Assembly: GCA_964057225.1 (NCBI GenBank) | Contig: OZ059896.1 | Coordinates: 8,184,001 to 8,248,000, forward strand | Length of the DNA stretch: 64,000 nucleotides | Direction: 5' to 3' | Source: Auanema rhodensis | Lineage: Eukaryota > Animalia > Nematoda | Shown: positions 54,846-64,000 of the stretch, one piece after another | Layout of the letters: every line of letters begins with the position of its first letter | Position numbering within the stretch: the stretch's first letter is position 1 | Translations under genes and position numbers: made by a program | The notes under the pieces: generated by a model | The model's input: the letters and a program-made list of their open reading frames with translations, nothing else | Database searches by the model: none | Told to the model about the DNA's origin: nothing

Positions 54846-55731
54846 TTAGTAGATTATATCCTCCCTATCGTCATGCTGACTCAATCGCCTATATCTGACA
54901 GTACGACCCGATTTCCCCTCAAAAACAAGACCTAAAAATCAAATAAATAGATATTTTATCAGATTAATTCATTTTACCTAAGATCCTTTTCTTGTTATGC
55001 TGTATTATATAAATACAAACCACCAAAAGAGTAGCAACCACCAAAAAAGTTAAAAAATTTGAATCTGGAGCTTCTTCAACACGAACTTTTGAAGGGGTCT
55101 CAAACAAAACAATAAAACAATCATACTATAACAAACTTACTATACTTACAATTTTCTCTTTCAAATCAGAATTTAAGTTGCCTTTGGCATCCTCAACTTC
55201 TTTTTTTGTGCTATCTTGCTTTTCAGGATTTATATCTTCAACACCTTCGGGCACCGGAGGATCATTAACGTCCTCGTTTACAGTAGAATCTTTTGGCTCT
55301 ATTGAATCCTGGGCATAATGAAAATGAAAAAAAATGGGATTAAAGCATACTTCGTTTTCTGCTTTCCCTCCTTCTACGACTTCAGGACCTTCGAACTCTG
55401 GAGCGGCTCCCTTCTCTTCAGTTGTTGCATTACTAGCATAATTGATAACAGATGAAGTTTCCAGTATCGGTAGAGTAGTATCTTGGAAAATTGTCACTGA
55501 TTGATTAGAAGTCTAAAAATTAAAGTTTTTGTAAATACGAATAAAAAAAGCACCTTCAAAGTTGTAACTGTTTCGTTTATATAAGGTTTGTCTTCTTCAG
55601 CAGATCCAGGGAGTGGAGCACCTAAGAAATAAAATTAAAAAAACGGTTGTTCCAGATCACTTACTAATACTACATGGCAAGATAAAAACAATGGAGATAA
55701 TACATGCCGAAATCACCCTCTTTGGAATCAT
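54846..55731 (-). CDS. tgn-38: TGN38/TGOLN2-like type I membrane protein, 6 exons
   Basis: Signal peptide MIPKRVISACIISIVFILPCSISA, acidic S/T-rich lumenal region, TM NFLTFLVVATLLVVCIYII, and tail HNKKRILGLVFEGKSGRTVRYRRLSQ. The tail matches the TGN38-type HNKRKIIAFVLEGK...YQRL pattern with a YxxL sorting motif. Confidence 0.82.
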
Positions 55732-56381
55732 TCCGAATGTGAATATGTGATTGTGAAAGATGATAAGAATATAGTCAGAGCATGAACAAATCTAAAACTT
55801 ATATACGTAAAAATATTAACATTTTGATTATGGAATTACATGCATTCAAGAAATAATAACATCAAATGTATATACAAAAGCCTTCCTAAGAGCTAGAAAT
55901 AGACCCAAAAGAAACAAAGTTATAGAAACTTGATAGGAAGATTCAACAGATGACCAATTGTATTTATTGTATACTCTCGTGTCAATCGATTGGATTAAGA
56001 TATACAACACCAACACTATGGATACTCTCGTTTAGATGAAAATTCAGTCAGAGCGGTAATAGTAATACCTGTTTAAAATTTAATTGTCAATGCTTATACT
56101 ATTCGTTAAAGAATACAACTTCACTAGCATGTTCCTAATATTTGCACATTCCTTTCTTTAACGATTCATTTCATATCAAACTGTAAGTAACAGTGCTTTG
56201 ATATACAAATATTTAAAGGACGGATATGAGTGTGTATTCGCGGCAAGACAAATTTCACTGTCTTTGCGACTTATTTCAAATTTGAATAATATTTCTGCAG
56301 CTTTAATCATTTTCCTTATATAATATTTGTTGTTACTCAAAATTTTGTTTAGAAACCTTAATAATCAAATTTTTGCTAGAG
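55732..56381. promoter_or_regulatory. Divergent promoter region between tgn-38 and gfl-1
   Basis: Head-to-head ATGs 650 bp apart. Contains TTCGCGGCAAGACA (56237-56250, E2F-like) and the palindrome TTCAAATTTGAA (56275-56286, CHR-like). Confidence 0.55.
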
Positions 56382-57225
56382 ATGGTAGAAGTAGTTGAAC
56401 GTGTTAAAGGAAAGAAAATTGTTAAATCACTTGTATACGGCAATACTGCTAGTCCTTTTGGTTACAAAAGAGACTCAGATGGACATACTCACCACTGGAC
56501 AATATTTTTACGTTCTTTTAATAATGAGGATTTATCTAAGTTTATAAGAAAAGTACAATTTAAACTTCACGATAGTTACACTAATTCTACCCGAGGTTTC
56601 GTTTATCTTACATTCTAAATTGAAATTAACAAAATATTTTCAGTTGTGGAAAAACCACCATTCGAAGTTTCTGAAACGGGGTGGGGGGAATTTGAAATAC
56701 AAATACGAATATATTTTATTGACATGAATGAAAAGCCGGCATGTTGAACTTTATTTATATATGACATATTATGTTTTAGGTAACAGCATTTCATTATCTA
56801 CGTTTATTTCAACCAGTATTCACGACACCTGCAGGAAAAAGTGAAGTTATAGCGGAGTTTTATGATGAGCTCGTAAGTTTTCCTCCGGCATTATTACTAA
56901 TAGTTTATGTGCTTAGGTGTTTCAAGAACCTACCGTAGTAATGTATAATGCGTTAACTGCTGGAGACTCGAAAAAAACGGAAAACAAAAAATTTCATAAT
57001 GACTGTGAGCTCTTTCATGTGGTTGTATCATTGATATTATTTGATTTAGTGGGACAAGTTTTACGTCGTGCGCAAGAAATGGCAGAATTCGCAAAGGACG
57101 AAATACAGCAGGAAATAGACGATCTCCGAGAAGCATTACGAGCTGCCCATAAGTTAATGTTAAAATATCGTGGTGAAGACCATTCAGCAAGTAATACACC
57201 CAGTGTATCCATGAGTCAAGATTGA
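56382..57225 (+). CDS. gfl-1: YEATS4/GAS41 orthologue (NuA4/SWR1 subunit), 5 exons
   Basis: YEATS domain [69 protein letters not shown], followed by a coiled coil. Intron 2 is GC-AG. Confidence 0.96.
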
Positions 57226-58059
57226 CCTCATCAATGTGATCTCTTATGTATAGTGTATATCATTAATTATTACAAATATATGTATATTCGATACATTTTC
57301 AATAGAATTGAAAGACTATCTCAATTTTAATTGTAGAAGTGTTTTTATTGCCGAGGGTTAGTTTCTACTGCATTCGTGACATTGAAAAGAAAGTGTTTCA
57401 ATATGAAGGGGTTTCAAACGGAAAATGGTATTTTAAAGAACTATTATAGTTTATATCAACTTTCAATTAAGTTTTATTTTTTTTCATGTTCAGCGAACAT
57501 ATATTCCATGCTTTTCACACTAACATACATGCTTTCAATGTATAAGAGAGCTTACAGTAATCAAATATCTCAAAAACATGAAAAGTAGTTAGATATTGCA
57601 AGATATTTCTTTTTAATTATATATCAAAGTTTTCTTGTTGAACACGTTTCAATTTTTTATGCGTAGGTACTAACAGGGTTCCTTGGCGAATTATTGATCG
57701 ATGTGCTGCGTATACGCTCTTTTTATTCTATTTACCCCCCTTCACCGAGATGGTTGTGGTCACTCTGCCGGGGCTACCTGGCTCTTTGCGTTTCTTTTTT
57801 TGTGTTTGTCATAATTATATATTCATTTTTTTGTCAGATTTTAATAATATCTGTAAATTTTATTTCTCAACTTGATTTATATCCCTTATCTTAAAAGTAA
57901 AATGTGGAACTGTAACTACTATACCGTTACGAGATTACCATTCACGATTTTTTTTCAAATCTCGGAATCGTGATTTCAATTTGCTATACTTTTAAAAATT
58001 GTATAAGACTGTTAGGGGTTTGTTAGAGGAAAACTTTGAAATTCTGTTAATAAGAGTTT

Positions 58060-58265
58060 AGGTTGCACGCTTAGCGATTGTCGCGCGACTATCCGCCTGA
58101 CGCGCGCGTTTTCGCTGGCGAACGGTCTAATGCTCGTTCTCGCCTGAGTATCTCACGTTGACATTGCTAAAAAGAATGATGCTCAAATATTTCGCTGCGT
58201 ACCACGTCGGACAAAAACGCCCGCCTTTTTTTCGCAACCGGCGTCGCGAGCGGTATTGTCTTCCA
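58060..58265. promoter_or_regulatory. CpG-rich promoter island upstream of mep-1
   Basis: Visibly the densest CG cluster in the window, including the palindrome GTCGCGCGAC (58080-58089), GACGCGCGCGT and GCGTCGCGAGCG, about 350-550 bp before the ATG. Confidence 0.7.
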
Positions 58266-58604
58266 AATGTAAATTCCCTATTTACAAACTCGAATTTCCA
58301 AGTAACATTTAAAGATTTTTCCATATATTATGTGTTGTATCTCAAACGAATCAGCTTCTTCTCCTCCGTCTGAATATTCAGTGATTTTTCCTTTTTATGT
58401 TTCAAGTGCTGAAGTACTAATCAATTGATACTGGTCAACAAGCCATTTTTTACATAAAAATAACCAGTTTTTATATATTCATTTCGTATCACTTTATATC
58501 TGAATTTTCAGTTAAAATAATCATAATTTCAGACACAAGGCTCGTTTTCTCTGTAGATATTTTCGGGTTTTCGTTTCTTAATAGCTTGACATCTTTTGTT
58601 CTGA

Positions 58605-61600
58605 ATGGTTTCTACTGTCGAAGAACCAACATCCATGATAGCAGCTGAAACAGCTAGTAGCGACAATAAAACCGATATTAAGGTACGTATATTTGAGTGC
58701 TTAAATTTGTAATCAAATATTGTAAAGGAACCTCTTGATACTCAAGAAATCAACAACGCACATGGCGATGAAGGTGATAAAGAAAACGGGGATGGTGGTG
58801 AGAATTTGGATGAATTAGCTTCTTCGTCAATGGAGAATGATATTGTGAATAACGACCAGAATGGTTAGAATAACATATATATATATATTTCGTGCTCTAT
58901 TTTAGAGAAAAAAATTCTGGAAGATAAAGACGTAAAGAAAGACGTCGAATGTATTGAGCTCGAAGATGATGATTGTAAAGTGGTTGATAATAAAGCCGAA
59001 GGTGAACCTCCGGCGAAAAAAACAAAGATGGTTGAAGATACGAAATCTGATACTAAGGTTTGGATTATTTAAAAAAATACAATCTATATTCCATTTTTAA
59101 GGCTACCGGTGAGAAAAAGGAGCCTGAACTCAATAGCCCTGAAGCTTTATTGAATAAGCTAGAGGAGTATATATCAGATGTATGTTATATTATTTTCATT
59201 GTTTTTTCTGTATATAGGTTGACTGTTTAGGCAATTAATAGTGAGAAAAACATAAAGAGAAAAGTTCTTGATGCTCTTCTTGGTGCTATCAATGTTCAAG
59301 TTCAGCGAGAACCGCTTAGTGTCAGAAAGCTCATTTTGGATAAACAATTAGTTTTACCGAACACCATATCTTTTCCCCCTAGCCAGGTTTTTGAATGTTT
59401 TTAAAATCATTCATATAAATTGTTTTAGGTTGTTGATATGCTTATTGAGCACGATCCCGAATTTCCTCTATCTAAAGTAATTAATAAAATGTTCGGTGAA
59501 GAAAGACCAAAGCTGAGCGAAGCCGAGAAAAAAGAGCGTCAAAATTTAAAGGTGCATCAAATTAATTCATTAACTTTAAGGTAATCATTGATGTTAAGGG
59601 TAATAACTCAGCTCCTCACATGACGAAACTACTTATGGATATTGGCCAAGATTTAGTTCAAGAAGCTACATACTGTGATATTGTTCATGCAAAAAATTTA
59701 CCGGAAACTCCAAAAAATATAGAAACCTACAAAACTGTAGGTGATCCTTTTGTGACGTTATATATGCTTAGTTTTAGGTTGCTGCTCAATTGAAGCCGGT
59801 ATGGGAAACACTGAAAAAAAAGAATGAGCCCTACAAATTAAAATTGCACGAATGCTTGGTAAAATTTTCATTTTGATCCAGTTTACCTTCATTTTTATAG
59901 GTTTGTGGATTTAAAACTGAGTCTAGAATGGTGTTGAATCATCATAAAGCTAGAGCTCATTACAAGAATGGAAAATATATGTGTGCTTTATGTCCTGAAT
60001 TTGATACAAATGAAACTCGTCTAATTTCTCATTATCTGTAAGACAAAAAACTCAACTGTTCTCAAACATTAATTATTTTAGTAATGCTCATTGTGTTCTT
60101 GCGAGCAGGGATGATCCTCAAGCTAAGTATCCTTGTATAATCTGTGAGGAAGACTTCCAATTGAAAGGTCTTAGGGATCAACATTTAAAAATATGTAAGA
60201 AAGACTATACTAAAGTCCGCCATATAATGGCTCCAACTGTACGTTTGTTGTCTAATTTATGATTACCAATAGTTTCGTTCAGACGGATGACACTTTGATG
60301 ATCAACCAATGGCTTTGGGATCGCCCTCCCGTTGATCCAACGATTTTACAACAACAGCAAGTTGCTCAAGCTCACCAAGTATGTTTCTGTTGTTTTATCA
60401 TAATCCAATGATTCATCATTCTAGAAGAAGGCACAACTACAAAGTGCTGCTGCTCAAGCCCAGGCTGCTATGAGACGGGGAATGGCCAATAGTAGCTCGC
60501 AAGCTGCTGCACAAGCTCTCCTTCAACAACAGATTGCTCAACAAAGAAACCAATTACGTCATATCGGGGTTTGTTTTTTCTAACACAGTGTTTTACCCCC
60601 ATATCTTTTAGGCGCTAATGAATCAAAAAAATCCAGCACTCAATAATAATTCCCTGTTAGTAGGTATGATCTTTTTTTTCTGCGTGATTACCATTGCTTT
60701 TATTTATAGCTATGCAGCAACATCTTCAACGTGCTGCACAGGCAACTTCTAACGCTGCTGCTCGTACAACAACTACGCAAGCCAATCCTATGTTTAACAA
60801 AATGGCTAATAAAATTACGCCCGCAGCTCTTTTAGCGCAAGTTCATGCTTTAAGAAAAATGCCAACGGTAAAAAAATTAACTCTTTTTTGATAATATGTT
60901 CTCTGGATCTAGGCAGTTCCTCCAGCAGTTCAAAAGATGCTTTCCAATGCTGCCGCTGGATTATTAGGTGCTGCATCTCCTCAAGCTCAAGCGCAAGTAG
61001 CCGCTGTGGCAGCAGCAGCAGCTGCTGCTGCTTCTCCTGCTGCTTCTGCTGGTGCTGCTTGTGAAATTTGTGACCAGAACGTACCGGATAAAGATCAATA
61101 TCTTTTACATTTACAAGTGAGTACATGAACTAGAATGAATATACTTATATTATTATTTAGTCTTATCATAAGCAAATGAAAGGTAAAAATGCCTCGGATA
61201 TGAGCCAAGGTGCACCATTGGCTTGCAGTAGATGTAAAGAACGGTATGCATAATTAACCTGGACTATTGAGGATTTTTTATTTAGGTTCTGGACTTACGA
61301 AGGTCTTGAACGACATTTAGTAATGTCACACGGTCTTGTCACGGCAGATCTATTGCAGAAAGCTCAGAAGAAAGAGGACGGTGGAAGGTGCAAAATATGT
61401 GGAAAGGTTTTATATGAGAGTAATCTCGACCTAATATTAATTTTTAGCAATATGCTTTCAATATGCTTCAACATCTGGTAGCTGATCATCAAGTGAAGTT
61501 ATGTTCGGCTGAAATTATGTAAGTATATATTTTTTTAAAGTTGCTCACTCTCAAAAACTATCTTTTTAGGTATTCATGTGATGTCTGTTCTTTCAAGTGC

Positions 61601-61756
61601 ACAAGTTATAGAGATCTGGAATCTCATTTATCAACACAGCATCCAAAAAATGGAGAAGTAGTTAAAGAAAATAAGGTAAAGTAATTCACAACTGTACATC
61701 TGATTTCATAATATTTTCAGACAAATGGGGCTGATTGCATAACTCTAGATGATTAA
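58605..61756 (+). CDS. mep-1: MEP-1 C2H2 zinc-finger protein (LET-418/Mi-2 partner), 20 exons
   Basis: Blocks match C. elegans MEP-1 as I recall it: [58 protein letters not shown], a Q/A-rich region, [64 protein letters not shown] and the C-terminal DCITLDD*. Confidence 0.97.
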
Positions 61757-62486
61757 TTTAAGTTTGTCTAGTCTGAAGGATTATCTTCTCTATATGCGCG
61801 TTTGAATCTCAATTGAGCTCACTACAACAAATTTTCAACACTAATTTGAAATGATGTTTGCATCACAATTTATCTTTCACTGTATATACATATATAGCAA
61901 ACCTGGCTTTTCGATTTAATGGATACGGCCGTTAGACGAGGTAGTGCACTGTTCATAAGATCATTTGTTTTAGAGGGTACTGTAACTTACATTTAATAAT
62001 GAGTTTCCAATAATATGAACTTTCTCCTCTAATATTGGCAACTAATATTGTTGCCTTTTGCCTGTATTATGTAGTTGTCATAAGTCTAATTCATGAAGTC
62101 TCAAGTTTCGTTGAGCATTTCTTTTTTTTGTTTTCATTTTCTTGAGCATAATTTACGATGGGACCTTCAGGCAAATCAAATAGTGCGTTTTTAATATAAC
62201 TCAGTGCTTTGATTGAGCACGTGCCTTTCTTCTCGGATTAAATTTAGTTATATCGAGGATAAGGTTCAGTATTACCCTTTAACCGTATTGTTAAGCTGTT
62301 CTGGTTATTGTAATTCCTTAAAGGCAGATAATATTTGTATGAACAATTCCTTTTCTAAATGAAATTATTTATTACTGACAATAAATTAATGTAGTTTTCA
62401 CACCATTCCTCAGTTGATCTTGGTTTCGGCCTATATATGCTTAGTTTTGGACTATGCCAGACATTTGTCGCAATATAGTATAGAAG

Positions 62487-63959
62487 ATGGCATGCTTCCG
62501 TGGAACTGTTATTACTGGTTTTGAGGATGTTGCCAAGCAGGAGGTTAATAAGATGGGTATTCGGTCATCTTGTATTAGAGGAGCTGTGTGTTTTAATGCA
62601 GAAATCGAGTTTATTCCTCAGGTCTGAGCTCGTCTGTTGCGTAATGTTTTTGACATCCTTCAGTGTTTACAATTGAGATCAATTGATAACTTGTTTGCCG
62701 TGTTATATGAGAATCCTATTTCAGAATTACAGTCTCTGGATACTGAGGTAAAGGTTATTAAACAATAAGTTATTGTACGCGAAAAAAGTAAATTCCTTTT
62801 CCTTTTTTTTGCATTTTATTATGAAGTTCTTGAAGAAGAAAAGTAAAATTTTGATACTTGATATGGTGTAGTATACTATACTTATATTGTGAAAAAGCAT
62901 AGTTCTTGTTTGAAATTTTCATCCCTAAAATTTAAAACTAGCTTTGATAAAATTTCCTTGGATTTGGGCAATTTGATTAGCTCTACTTAGCTTCAAAAGT
63001 TTCAATTCAACCATTGATTTTCTGTGGGGAAATATCTCTCATATTAAAGGAAGCTCTAAATCAAATTAAATTGACAACCGAATATGTGAATTGGTCTCTG
63101 GGTATTAAATGCTGGCAAACAGCTTTTGCACGAAAAATTGCTGGAGGTCCTGAGGGTTTGGAGGTAAAGCAATTTCTAATTAGATGGTTTCTAATATTTG
63201 TTTGAAAGGAAAACATGCGGAAATATATTAATACCGGGATACCAACGGTTTCTGATGAAAACTCTCCAAGATTTAGGTTCTTTGTCGATTTCCAAGTTTA
63301 ATTAAACTTTCGTAATGAACCAATTCAGAGTAACTTGTAACCGAGCAGGAGATAAAAATCAACATAAGTTCTCATCAATGGATGCAGCCCGAGTAATGGG
63401 TGCTAAATTGAATAACATGTTTGGTTGGATACCAGATATGAAACACTTTGACATTGAAGTTATCCTGAATATTCGTTCAGAAATGGTTAGGTTTTTTTTA
63501 TTCTATAACATAACATATAAATTTCTGGTGTTCGTTATGATAGCTCTGAATTCGGATTCATTATTTCGTAGAAACATTGTTGCTTTTGGTCCAACTACAA
63601 TGCGCTCTACAATGTGCTACTGTATGGTTTCTCTTTGTAAACCTCAAAGAAGTTTCTTTCATCATAAGGAAACGTAAAATGCATTATTTTTCAGATCAAT
63701 TAATATTAGATCCAATGTGTGGAGGAGGGTCAATTCCCATAGAAGGCAGTTTAGCATTTCCTGAAACAATTTTTGTGGGTGGTGACCATCATGACAAAGC
63801 CATGGAGCGTTGCTACGAAAACTCAAGAGTATGTATCATCCAAAGCATTTGATAAAGGCGGTTTCAGAACTTGACCGGTAAACCTGATTTTTTGAAATGG
63901 GATGCTTTGAACTTACCGTTACTGGATGGAAGTATTGATGCAATTGTAACAGATTTGCC
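62487..63959 (+). CDS. THUMPD3: THUMPD3-like tRNA m2G methyltransferase (THUMP + SAM domain), 3' end outside the window
   Basis: Motifs TVITGFEDVA, LRSIDNLF, FRVTCNRAG, SLFRRNIVAFGPTTMRST, ILDPMCGGGSIPIEG and DAIVTDLP. The window ends inside an intron. Confidence 0.92.
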
Positions 63960-64000
63960 GTAAGTTATTTTTCCTATATTTTGGAAATTCCTACAAATCT

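Noticed and set aside
60815-61126. Antisense Q/L-rich 103-aa ORF
   Set aside because: Shadow of the GCT/GCA alanine-rich mep-1 exons.

Overview
This is eukaryotic, very AT-rich DNA from a rhabditid-type nematode, judged from near-identity of several proteins to C. elegans proteins as I recall them, short GT-AG introns mostly of 39-55 nt, and acceptor-like sites just upstream of start codons. Splicing by hand gives ten multi-exon genes: nac-3/SLC13 (+), an orphan Cys-loop ion channel (+), a peptide-receptor-like GPCR (-), an otopetrin (+), a secreted S/T-rich MAM-domain protein (-), an SLC46-like MFS transporter (+), a TGN38-like protein (-), gfl-1/YEATS4 (+), mep-1 (+) and a THUMPD3-like methyltransferase (+, cut by the window end). 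The first ~46 kb is gene-sparse, with long regulatory spacers and microsatellites; the last ~18 kb is compact. Most ORF-track entries are low-complexity artefacts or exon-plus-intron read-throughs. I found no transposon, rRNA, tRNA or CRISPR array, and no clear new multi-gene system. The most unusual signals are relaxed splicing (a probable GT-TG intron, a GC-AG intron, a GAG acceptor, 14 AAG acceptors), clusters of TCACGTGA and TGACGTCA sites around nac-3, a channel lacking the acetylcholine aromatic box, a cryptic TAG-TAG-interrupted frame, and (CT)n tracts whose strand follows transcription direction. All gene models are manual and untested against RNA-seq or databases.
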